From Myxococcota bacterium (lineage in GTDB: Bacteria > Myxococcota_A > Polyangia > Nannocystales > Nannocystaceae), in the NCBI GenBank assembly GCA_039028615.1, contig JBCCHT010000012.1, positions 194,465 through 258,464 on the forward strand: 64,000 nucleotides of DNA, given 5' to 3'. The position numbers and the translations under genes are program-made. Each line of letters begins with the position of its first letter. Positions within the stretch are counted from its first letter, which is position 1. Below, in pieces: positions 43,136 through 51,903 of the stretch. Below the pieces are notes generated by a model. The model searched no databases and had not been told where the DNA came from. It worked only from the letters and a program-made list of their open reading frames with translations.

Positions 43136-44529
43136 CCGACGCCAACGAGGACTTCAAGGGCTATCGCGAGCCGATGCTCGGCGTGATGCAGCGCTTCGGC
43201 GTGACCGTCTGGTCCGAGATCGAGGCCCACACCACGCAGGGCGACTTCGAGGGCCTGGTGCTGCCGCGCTCGGAGACGGCCGACGCCGACCACCTCGTGC
43301 TGAAGCTGGTCAGCGGCTACAACATCGGGATTCGCCACGACACGGTGATCGAGCTGCGCAAGGTCGGCTACCGCAAGGCGGAGTACAAGATCCCCGAGGA
43401 GCCCTTCCCCAGCGATCCGGGCAAGCCCAAGGTCATGCTCTTCGGCACCGGGGGCACCATCGCCTCGCGGCTCGACTACCGCACGGGCGCGGTCATCCCC
43501 GCGTTCAGCCCGGGCGAGCTGTACGGCTCGGTCCCCGAGCTGGCCGACATCTGCAACCTCGAGACGGAGAAGCTCTTCGGCGTCTTCTCCGAGAACATGG
43601 GCAAGGACGAGTACCTCACGCTCGCCACCCGGGTCGGCGAGGCCATCGAGGCCGGCTACGACGGCGTCGTGGTGGGCCACGGCACCGACACCATGCACCA
43701 CACCGCCGCGGCGCTGTCGTTCATGGTCCACGACTCGCCCATCCCCATCGTGATGGTGGGCAGCCAGCGCTCCTCCGACCGGCCCTCCTCCGATGCCGCG
43801 CGCAACCTGATCGCCGCGACCACGGCCGCCGCCACCGGGCCCTACGCGGAGACGATGGTCTGCATGTTCGGGCCCACCTCCGACCGCTACAACCTGCTGC
43901 ACCGCGGCACGCGGGTTCGGAAGATGCACAGCTCGTACCGCAGCACCTTCCGCACGCTGGGCGACATCCCGCTGGCGATGGTGCAGGAGGACGGGGCCAT
44001 CGAGCCCATCGCCACCAACATTCGGCCCCGTCGCGACGACCGCAAGGCCAACGTGCGCGTCGCCTTCGACGACAAGGTCACGCTCCTTTATTACTACCCG
44101 AACATGCAGCCCGACGTGATCGACGCGTTGGTGCAGTGTGGCTACCGCGGCATCGTCATCGCGGGCACGGGCCTGGGGCACGTGAACAAGAAGGTCTATC
44201 CCGCGCTCGAGCGGGCCCGCGACGCGGGCGTGCACGTGTACATGACGCTGCAGACGCTGTGGGGCTTCGTGCAGATGAACGTGTACGAGACCGGCCGCGA
44301 GATCTTGGGGCTGGGCGTGGTGCCGCTGGCCAACATGCTGCCCGAGGTCGCCTACATCAAGCTCGGCTGGGCGCTGGGCCTGCATCCCGACGAGCCGGAC
44401 GAGGTTCGCACGCTCATGACCACCACGCTGGCCGGCGAGATGACCGAGGGCGAGCCCTTCGACGGCTATCTCGTGCTGCAAGGCGGCGTGCCCGAAGCCG
44501 AGCAGCTCATCGGCAAAATCTGGTGGTGA
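43132..44529 (+). CDS. gatD: Glu-tRNA(Gln) amidotransferase subunit D (archaeal-type)
   Basis: GatD N-domain EGLVLPRSE..VLKLVSGYNIGI, then TGGTIASRLDYRTGAV, HGTDT, SQRSSDRPSSD, HRGTRVRKMHSS. ATGA overlap with gatE. Confidence 0.94.
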   Translation: MTDANEDFKGYREPMLGVMQRFGVTVWSEIEAHTTQGDFEGLVLPRSETADADHLVLKLVSGYNIGIRHDTVIELRKVGYRKAEYKIPEEPFPSDPGKPKVMLFGTGGTIASRLDYRTGAVIPAFSPGELYGSVPELADICNLETEKLFGVFSENMGKDEYLTLATRVGEAIEAGYDGVVVGHGTDTMHHTAAALSFMVHDSPIPIVMVGSQRSSDRPSSDAARNLIAATTAAATGPYAETMVCMFGPTSDRYNLLHRGTRVRKMHSSYRSTFRTLGDIPLAMVQEDGAIEPIATNIRPRRDDRKANVRVAFDDKVTLLYYYPNMQPDVIDALVQCGYRGIVIAGTGLGHVNKKVYPALERARDAGVHVYMTLQTLWGFVQMNVYETGREILGLGVVPLANMLPEVAYIKLGWALGLHPDEPDEVRTLMTTTLAGEMTEGEPFDGYLVLQGGVPEAEQLIGKIWW

Positions 44530-44548
44530 TTTGGGCTACGATGGAGCC

Positions 44549-45691
44549 ATGCGTGTTGGGTGGCCCGTCGCTCTTTGCCTCGTGCTCGGCGGCTGCGCGC
44601 GCGAAAACCCCAGCTACGACGCTGGGGCCGTGCCCACGACCACCGACGGCACCCCACCGGTCACCAGCGGCATGGGCAGCGACGGCGTCACCTCGTCTTC
44701 GCCGCCCGTCGACACCCAGAGCCCGCCGGTCTCGGACAGCGGCTCGCTCGATACGGAAGACTCCGGGCCAAACCTGAGCGAGGGCCCCTGCCCCACGTAC
44801 TTCGCCGACTTCGACGAGGACGGATGGGGCAGCGACGCCGATGCGCTCGAGACCTGCGACCCGCCCCAGGGCTATGTCGAGCAGGGCGGCGACTGCGACG
44901 ACGACGACCCGCGCGTGTTCCCGGGGCGGCTTCGATGTGACACCAAGTCGCCCTCGCTGTTCGCGTGGTATCGGCTCGATGGCGACGAAGAGTACGTCGC
45001 CGACGACTCGCACTACGGCAACCCGGCGGCCCCTGGTTCGACCACGCCCGCCCAAGTCATCGACGGGGCGTTCCGCGAGGCGCGGGGCTTCGGCTTCGGC
45101 ACCCGGCTGCTTCGCGTGCACGACATGCTCTCGGCGCTCGGCACCCAGCCGGGCGACGTGCTGCGCCAAGGAACGCTGGCGGCGTGGCTGCGCATCGAGA
45201 ACCCGGCGTTGGCCTGCGCGAGCGAGTTCTGCCTCGTGCCCGCCGTGCACTTCGCCGACGAGTCGGGCAACGGCTTCGGCTTCGAGCCCGAGGTCCACAT
45301 CCACGCCGCCCGCGGCAAGTTCTCCATCGGCTTCGAATGGGAGGGCTGGATCACCACCGCGGGCGAAGGCGCGGGCGCGGGGTGCTGGGCCACCGGTCCC
45401 ACGATCATGTACGACGAGTGGACCCACGTCGCGTTCGTCTGGGACGAGCAAGGCGACGGGAGCACCGAGTGTGCGCTCTTCGTCAACGGTCAGCTCGCCG
45501 GCGACGACTACTCCCCCGCCCCCGTGCTCCGGGAGCCTCTGTGGCGGGCGGGCGGGATCGGAGGCATCGCCAACGACATCAGCGACGTACTGTCGTTCCC
45601 CGGCTCGATCGACGAGGTGATGTTCTTCACCGAGCGCCGCAGCCCCACCGACATCCAGCTCGACTGCGGGCTGGACCGCTGCTTCGAGTAG
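44549..45691 (+). CDS. Lipoprotein with MopE-related/putative metal-binding repeat and LamG-like domain
   Basis: Lipobox LGGC, YFADFDEDGWG...GDCDDDDPRVFPG, WTHVAFVWD, FPGSIDEVMFF. Confidence 0.78.
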   Translation: MRVGWPVALCLVLGGCARENPSYDAGAVPTTTDGTPPVTSGMGSDGVTSSSPPVDTQSPPVSDSGSLDTEDSGPNLSEGPCPTYFADFDEDGWGSDADALETCDPPQGYVEQGGDCDDDDPRVFPGRLRCDTKSPSLFAWYRLDGDEEYVADDSHYGNPAAPGSTTPAQVIDGAFREARGFGFGTRLLRVHDMLSALGTQPGDVLRQGTLAAWLRIENPALACASEFCLVPAVHFADESGNGFGFEPEVHIHAARGKFSIGFEWEGWITTAGEGAGAGCWATGPTIMYDEWTHVAFVWDEQGDGSTECALFVNGQLAGDDYSPAPVLREPLWRAGGIGGIANDISDVLSFPGSIDEVMFFTERRSPTDIQLDCGLDRCFE

Positions 45692-45697
45692 CGGGCG

Positions 45698-48600
45698 TCA
45701 GTCGTCATGCAGCGGCGCGAGCCGAGGGTCGGCGGCGATGCGATCGGCGAGGTAGAGCGGACGCGGGCTGCGTTCCATCGCGCGCTGCACCAAGGTCGAG
45801 GCGTCTGCTGGCCGGCCGTCGGCCACCGCGACCGCGGCCATCTCCAGCGCCAGCTCGGTACGAGCGGAGCTGCTCTTCGCGGCCGGCAAGCGCTCGACCA
45901 GGGCCGCAGCCGCCTCCAGATCGTGGCTCGCGGCGTCGAGCCGACGACTGCGCAGATGCACGCGGGCCCGCGCCATCAACAGGTGAAACGACGGATCGAC
46001 CGGGCGCGCGTCATCGACCTCGTGGGGCTCCAGGTCGAAGGGCAGAGCGACGAGCTCGCGCTGAACCCGAGGATCGTCGAGGTGGTGGCGGATCGCGACC
46101 TCCCATGCACGATGCGCCGCTTCGGGAAAGCGCGGGCCGAGGATCGAGCGGAGCAAGGGCCCGTACACCGCTGGGCGGAGCCGCAACAGCGTGGTGAAGG
46201 TCGCCGCGTTGCTCTCGAAATCGATGGCCAGGGCCCGTAACTGCTCGCTCGCTTCATCGAGCCGCCCTCGGTGCACCGCGCTGTGGATCCGCGGCTCGGT
46301 GACGGCCGGGGAGTCGCCCAACCGCGCGAAGATCTCGTCGGCGGCACGATAGTCGGTCTGCGCGAAGGCACGGGCGGCCATTGCCGCGTCCGAAGGCTGC
46401 TCGCCGACGTCACGGACCTGGGCCCCCGACAGCGTGAGTCGGTCGATCCTCACCGCGCCCCAGGCCGCCGCTTCCTGCATCGCTCGGATCTCCAGGCGAT
46501 ACGCCCCCGGCGGCGGATAGTGTGCATGCGGCAGCCGATGCACCGTGTTGGGGGGAATCGGTCCGTCGGGGTCGAAGAGGACGCAGTGACGCTCGTGGAG
46601 CTCGGGGAACAACGAGCCTCGCTGCCGTTGGTGCGCGCTCGCCCCGGGCTCCCGCTCGAGCGGCTCGATGAGCGACACCGGAGGCCGGGGATGCTCGGCG
46701 TCCGTGCCCCACACGTAGCACCGAAGGGTCGTCTCCACCCGATCCGCACCGCCTTGCGATCTCGCGACCATGCTCATGACGGGCGGGCCGCCTCCCTCGG
46801 GGACCAGCCGGACCTCGATCGACGCGCTCCACTCCATCAGCTCGATGTGCCAGTCGAGGTCGAGGGTCAGCAAACCGCCCGCCCAGACCACCGGGATCGA
46901 CGCGATGAGCCCGGGTCGGGCACCAGCGATCTCCAACGAGCCCGATGCGGGGTCACGACGCAGCGCCAGGGGTTGATGCACCTCCAGCGCGTCCGGCAGC
47001 GGCCGGTCCTGGCGAATCTCCACCGTCGCATCACCGCGCGTGACGGCCGAGGTCTGATCGAGCAGACGTGCCACCGAGTCTCGTTGCTCGGGGTCGAGCG
47101 AGGGCTGCTCGAGCAGCGCCTGTGCGATGCGAGCGACGGCCGCGTACTCCCCGAGTCGGAGGTTGGTCTCGAGCGCTCCCCGTAGGCCCGCGACGGCGTG
47201 CTCGGGCTGGGCTCCCACGCGCTCGTAGAGCGTCAGGGCCCGCTCGTACTCGTTGGACTGCGCGTAGAGCTGGGCCGCCCGCAGCCAGGCATGAACGCGG
47301 CCTTCGGGCGTCCCGGCCGCGATCTCCTCGAACGAGTTCGCCGCTTCCACGAACAGCCCCATCGCCACCAGCTCTTCGGCGCGAGCCCACTCGGGCGCCG
47401 GCTGGGGTGGCGTGACGGGCTCGCCGGAGAGCGCGGCTGCCGGACGGACCTCACGCAGCGGCAACGCCTCATCCCCGTGTCCGACTAGCCACAGCGAAGT
47501 GTCCGACTCGCCGATGACGAGCGCGATGAGCTCGGGCGTCTCGTCGTCATCGACCTCGACCCTCTGCATCGGGACCATCCGACCGAGCACCATGGGCACG
47601 AAGGTCTCGTCTGCAGCCTGGAGCAGCACGATCATCCCCAGTCGACCCCGCGTCATCCGAGCACAGATGTCCTGAAGCCCATCTCCGTTGAAGTCCGCGA
47701 CCAGCAGGTTCGACATTGCAGCCGGCTTGCTCGCCTTGCGGATCGGCTCGTAGCGCGGATCGGGCATCGAGAGGGTGCTGGCTCGTCGCAGTGCTTCGTC
47801 CGCGAAATCCAGCACGTAGATTCCGCTGGGCTCCCCGAACGGGCGCTCCTCGGGGAACACCACCGTATTCGCCAGTTCATCGAGCTTGGCGGCGAGGATC
47901 CGAGTCTCGTCGCTTCCGGTCGCAATCGGCACGAGGTCGCTGATGAGGCCCAGGTGGTCGCGCGACCGCAGGCGCAGCGCGTCGCCACGGCGATGAAAGA
48001 CCCGCACGTCGTAGGACTGCCAGCCGCCCGTGCCGACGAACAGCTCGGGCGTACCATCGCGATCGGCGTCGACGATGGTCATCGCCAGCGTGTCCGAGCG
48101 CGAGGCCTCGGCCTCCGAGACCGGGGCCTGCCACTGCCAGCGACCGCTCGGGTCGGGCTCGAGCACGACGATGCGACGACTCGGCGGTCCGCTGCCCACG
48201 TAGATTTCCGGCCGGCCGTCGCCATCCAGGTCCCCCGCGGCGACGCTCTGTGCCCCACCGTCGGGCCAGCGAACTTCCTCGGTCCACGACCCGTCGCGAC
48301 GAAGGGTGAGCAGCCGCGACGTGTCGCGCTCGTCATTGGAGACCACGATCATCCCCGGCCGGCCCTGCCCGAGCGAGACGACCTCGGCACCGTCGACTCC
48401 CAGCTCGTAGCGCGCGATCTCGGGGAACTCGGGGCTCTGCTCGACCACCCGCGCGACGCCGCTTTTGGTCTCGAGCACGAACAGCTCGTCCCGACCATCC
48501 CCCTCGAGATCGAAGGGCAGCAGCAAGACCTCGACCGGAAAGGGCAGCGGCTGCCCTTCTTCGAAGGCCCGCAGCGCACCAATGCGGGGGTCACCCGTGG

Positions 48601-50164
48601 CTCCCGTGCGCTCGAGCCAGGCTCGCGCCCCCGCGAAATCTCGGCGCTGCAGCAACGAATCCAGCTGCAGCTCCGCGACGGCCGGCTCCGCGAGCGTGGC
48701 CTCGTGTCGCCGCTCGATGAGCGCCAGCACCTCCCCCAAGGCATGCCAGTCGAGCAACCCGTGAAAGACCTGGGCCAACCCCACCAGGACCTCGGCCTCG
48801 AGCTCGGCCCGACCGGCCCGCATGTACGCGCGCGCGTAGGCGTCCTTGGCTCCGTCGACGTCCTCGTCCCCATGCCGCCGCCCCGCCTCGCTCGCCCACG
48901 CGCGCCCGATGACGCCCGTGCCCTGGAGGTCGGTCCGGGACACGAAGGCCTCGAACAACCGACGCGCGAGCGGGTGATCCCCCTGCTCACGCGCCTGCGC
49001 GATCCGGCGCTCGAGCTGCTGGAGCTCCGCCACCGCGTCCGCCTCCCGCTGACGCTCCACGTACGCCTCCCGCATGCGCAGGCCGGCCAAGACCGCGACG
49101 GTGGCGAGGACGGCGACGGTGACCACCAGCGCGAGCAGCCGCAGACGCCGACGCCGAGCCACGGCCGGATCGTCGGCCAGCGCCTCGAGCAGCGCGTCCA
49201 TGGAGGGAAAGCGCTCCGCCGGGGCGTGCGACAGACCCCGCAGGAGCACGGCACGGAGCCAGGCGGGCACGTCCTGGTCCGAGGTCGGCGAGCGCACCAC
49301 GCCACGCTCGAGGCTGGCCAGGCGCTCGACGGCGCTCTCACCCTCGAAGGGCGCCTCGCCATAGACCGCCTCGTAGAGCGAAGCACACAGCGAGAACTGA
49401 TCGCTGTACTCGTCGGCCACCTGCGCCCGCGCCTGCTCGGGGGCCATGTACGCGACGGTGCCGAGGACCAGGCCGGTCGTGGTCAAGCGAGACTCGAGAG
49501 CACTCTCCGCGACCGCCCCCACCCCCTCGGTGCTCCCGTCGTCGAGGGTCTCCGCCTCGTCGATGCCCGCGCGCCGCACCAGGCCGAAGTCGAGGACACG
49601 CACTCGCCCGGCGTCGTCGATGATGCAGTTCGATGGCTTGAAGTCGCGGTGGATCAGCCCTCGTCGGTGCGCGGCGGCGAGGCCCTGCCCGGCCTGGCGA
49701 TAGACCTCGACGCACGCGGCCCACGACCGGGGCTCCCGCCGCCAACGATCCAAGGTCTGGCCGTCGAGCAGCTCCATCGCGATGAAGGTGGCCCCGTCGA
49801 TCTCCCCGACCTCGAAGACCTGGACGACATTGGGGTGGGACAGGCGCGCCAGCGCCTGCGCCTCTCGGAGCAGGCGAACACCGTGGCCCGACTCGAGATC
49901 GCGGTGGAGGAACTTGAGGGCGACCTCTCGATCGAGCTTGTCATCGTACGCCCGCACGACCCGAGCCATGCCGCCGCGCCCCAAGGGCCCACGCACCCGA
50001 TAGCGACCGATCTGCGGCTGCGGCGAGCGCTTGAACAGCGAAGCCCGGATCGACGCCTTGCTGATCGGGTGCATCGGCTCGGGCAGCTCCGGCGTGGGCA
50101 CGGAGGCCATCTCGACGTCGGTCGGCTCGACACCGGCCGGCTCCGCGATCGTAGACCCCGGCAT
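45698..50164 (-). CDS. Large transmembrane Ser/Thr kinase with TPR-like helices and FG-GAP repeats
   Basis: LGRGGM, VALK, HRDFKPSN, DFG, YMAPE, DQFS, a TM segment, then GDLDGDGRPE, DADRDGTPE and DFNGDGLQD repeats. Start approximate. Confidence 0.85.
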   Translation of the reverse strand: MPGSTIAEPAGVEPTDVEMASVPTPELPEPMHPISKASIRASLFKRSPQPQIGRYRVRGPLGRGGMARVVRAYDDKLDREVALKFLHRDLESGHGVRLLREAQALARLSHPNVVQVFEVGEIDGATFIAMELLDGQTLDRWRREPRSWAACVEVYRQAGQGLAAAHRRGLIHRDFKPSNCIIDDAGRVRVLDFGLVRRAGIDEAETLDDGSTEGVGAVAESALESRLTTTGLVLGTVAYMAPEQARAQVADEYSDQFSLCASLYEAVYGEAPFEGESAVERLASLERGVVRSPTSDQDVPAWLRAVLLRGLSHAPAERFPSMDALLEALADDPAVARRRRLRLLALVVTVAVLATVAVLAGLRMREAYVERQREADAVAELQQLERRIAQAREQGDHPLARRLFEAFVSRTDLQGTGVIGRAWASEAGRRHGDEDVDGAKDAYARAYMRAGRAELEAEVLVGLAQVFHGLLDWHALGEVLALIERRHEATLAEPAVAELQLDSLLQRRDFAGARAWLERTGATGDPRIGALRAFEEGQPLPFPVEVLLLPFDLEGDGRDELFVLETKSGVARVVEQSPEFPEIARYELGVDGAEVVSLGQGRPGMIVVSNDERDTSRLLTLRRDGSWTEEVRWPDGGAQSVAAGDLDGDGRPEIYVGSGPPSRRIVVLEPDPSGRWQWQAPVSEAEASRSDTLAMTIVDADRDGTPELFVGTGGWQSYDVRVFHRRGDALRLRSRDHLGLISDLVPIATGSDETRILAAKLDELANTVVFPEERPFGEPSGIYVLDFADEALRRASTLSMPDPRYEPIRKASKPAAMSNLLVADFNGDGLQDICARMTRGRLGMIVLLQAADETFVPMVLGRMVPMQRVEVDDDETPELIALVIGESDTSLWLVGHGDEALPLREVRPAAALSGEPVTPPQPAPEWARAEELVAMGLFVEAANSFEEIAAGTPEGRVHAWLRAAQLYAQSNEYERALTLYERVGAQPEHAVAGLRGALETNLRLGEYAAVARIAQALLEQPSLDPEQRDSVARLLDQTSAVTRGDATVEIRQDRPLPDALEVHQPLALRRDPASGSLEIAGARPGLIASIPVVWAGGLLTLDLDWHIELMEWSASIEVRLVPEGGGPPVMSMVARSQGGADRVETTLRCYVWGTDAEHPRPPVSLIEPLEREPGASAHQRQRGSLFPELHERHCVLFDPDGPIPPNTVHRLPHAHYPPPGAYRLEIRAMQEAAAWGAVRIDRLTLSGAQVRDVGEQPSDAAMAARAFAQTDYRAADEIFARLGDSPAVTEPRIHSAVHRGRLDEASEQLRALAIDFESNAATFTTLLRLRPAVYGPLLRSILGPRFPEAAHRAWEVAIRHHLDDPRVQRELVALPFDLEPHEVDDARPVDPSFHLLMARARVHLRSRRLDAASHDLEAAAALVERLPAAKSSSARTELALEMAAVAVADGRPADASTLVQRAMERSPRPLYLADRIAADPRLAPLHDD

Positions 50165-50307
50165 CTTCGCCTCCGTCACCCGTTCCCCACTCCATCGAGC
50201 AGGGTACCCAATCCGATGAGGCTCGGTACGAGCCTTCGAAGGACGCGGCTGAACCTCGTACCGCGGCGCGGAGCAACGTAACGCGAATCCGAGTGAGCGG
50301 CCCGACG

Positions 50308-51903
50308 TCAGCCCGCGCTGGGATCGCGGGCGACCCAGCGCTGCCGGGTGCCCCGCGGCGGCAGGGCGTGGCCATCGAGCAGCGCCAACCAGGCGGGATA
50401 GACCCAGGCCGGATCGGCGGCCACCGCCTGCACGCAGGCGCGCACGGTGGGGTTGCTCCGCGGCAGCAAGAGGCCGGGCGGAGACTCGGCCGTGCGCCGC
50501 GGTGCCCCATCGCCTTCGCACATCTGCACCGACGACACCACGCGATGGCCTCCCACGGCGTGACTGCGCAGGGCATGCAGGAACTCGCGCTCGTCGGGGC
50601 CGAGCCGATCTTCGGGCACGGGCGCTCGCCGCAACGGGTGCCGCAGCAGATCGAGCAGCCGCGCCCCGCCCCTCGACATGCCGTGCACCGCCCGACGCCA
50701 GGCCGCCAGAATCCCATGGGCGTCGTCGCGCAGCTCGGGCAGCTGAAAGCGCAGGTTGAACAGCTCGGAGAGCAGCGCCCGCTCGGCCTCGTCGGCGATG
50801 AGCACCAGCCCGTCACCCAGGGCGTAGTGCTCGGGCCGCTGATTCGGATACAGCGCCATCAGCACCCGCTCGGGGCCCTTGCCGAGCACCTCGGATCGCA
50901 GCGCCATCATGTCCACGGTGCGCTCGCCGCTGGAGTCGACGACCCGAAACACGGGCACACGCCCCAAGGTGGGCATGAGCATGCGCCGTCGCATGGCCCG
51001 CAGGGTGAGCTGCGCGAGGCGATGACGGGCCGCCTCGTTGTAGCCGCCGACGTCTCGCGCCACATGGGCCAGGGCACCGACCGCTTGGCGGACCAGGGTC
51101 TCCACGTGGGGCTGCACGGCCTCGCGCAGGCGGGCCGCGCTGAGCTCGGTGCGCGCCACTTCGCCCAGCTCGACCGCCGCCTCGAAGCACGGAGAGTCGG
51201 GCACCGCCACGTGCCCCGTGACCAGGCCATGCTCGAGCAGCCACGCGTGGGCGGTATCCCCTTCCATGGGGATGGCCACGCGCCCGCGGAGCGGCTCTTC
51301 GAGGTCCTGTACGCCCAGCGAGCCCACGAAGCCCACGTTGACCGGCTCGCCATCGACGACCACCGATGCGGGGGCGAAGCGGGCGGCGCCCGAGAGCCAC
51401 TCGGCGGCGCGGCGTCGCTCGAGCTCGCCGTGCTGCACCACGACCACCGTGGAATCGCTCTCCGGGGTGGCATCGACGGTCATCCAGGGGGTGCGCCCCT
51501 GCTGGTACGCCAGGCACACCACCCGGCCGCCGCGAGCGGAGCGAATCTGGAGCGTGCGCGGCTCGAGCCCGGCGAGCATCAACAACACCAGCTCGCCCGT
51601 GGCCTCGAGCGCGGTCAGGGCCGCGTGCCGCTCCTCGTTGCTGCGGCGATCGTCGAGCAACACGCCCGTCCACTCGAGGTGGGTCTCGGGCACGCCCCGG
51701 CCGTTGTCGCGGACCTCGGCCCGGTGTCGCGCCAAGTCGACCTCGACTTGGCTCGCCCCGTCACGCAGCGCCCGACGGACGAGCTCGGAGGGCAGCTGCC
51801 ACGGCCCCTGCAGCTGCGCGAGCGAGAGCTTGCGGAGCTCGGAGGCCACGTCGATGGTCAGCAGGCCGCCGACGTCGATCAGGGAGGAAATCTCGGAATT
51901 CAC
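50308..51903 (-). CDS. GHKL (Hsp90/MutL-like) fold protein with degenerate ATPase motifs
   Basis: ELVRRALRDGA (N-box without Asn), VRDNGRGV. GTG at 51903 overlaps the upstream TGA. Confidence 0.65.
   Translation of the reverse strand: MNSEISSLIDVGGLLTIDVASELRKLSLAQLQGPWQLPSELVRRALRDGASQVEVDLARHRAEVRDNGRGVPETHLEWTGVLLDDRRSNEERHAALTALEATGELVLLMLAGLEPRTLQIRSARGGRVVCLAYQQGRTPWMTVDATPESDSTVVVVQHGELERRRAAEWLSGAARFAPASVVVDGEPVNVGFVGSLGVQDLEEPLRGRVAIPMEGDTAHAWLLEHGLVTGHVAVPDSPCFEAAVELGEVARTELSAARLREAVQPHVETLVRQAVGALAHVARDVGGYNEAARHRLAQLTLRAMRRRMLMPTLGRVPVFRVVDSSGERTVDMMALRSEVLGKGPERVLMALYPNQRPEHYALGDGLVLIADEAERALLSELFNLRFQLPELRDDAHGILAAWRRAVHGMSRGGARLLDLLRHPLRRAPVPEDRLGPDEREFLHALRSHAVGGHRVVSSVQMCEGDGAPRRTAESPPGLLLPRSNPTVRACVQAVAADPAWVYPAWLALLDGHALPPRGTRQRWVARDPSAG

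Noticed and set aside
41081..44529. Alternative call as gatB plus L-asparaginase
   Set aside because: The GatE-type insertion and motifs, the GatD N-domain and the SDRPSSD motif are present. GatB-type YFYPD and NRAGVPL motifs are absent.
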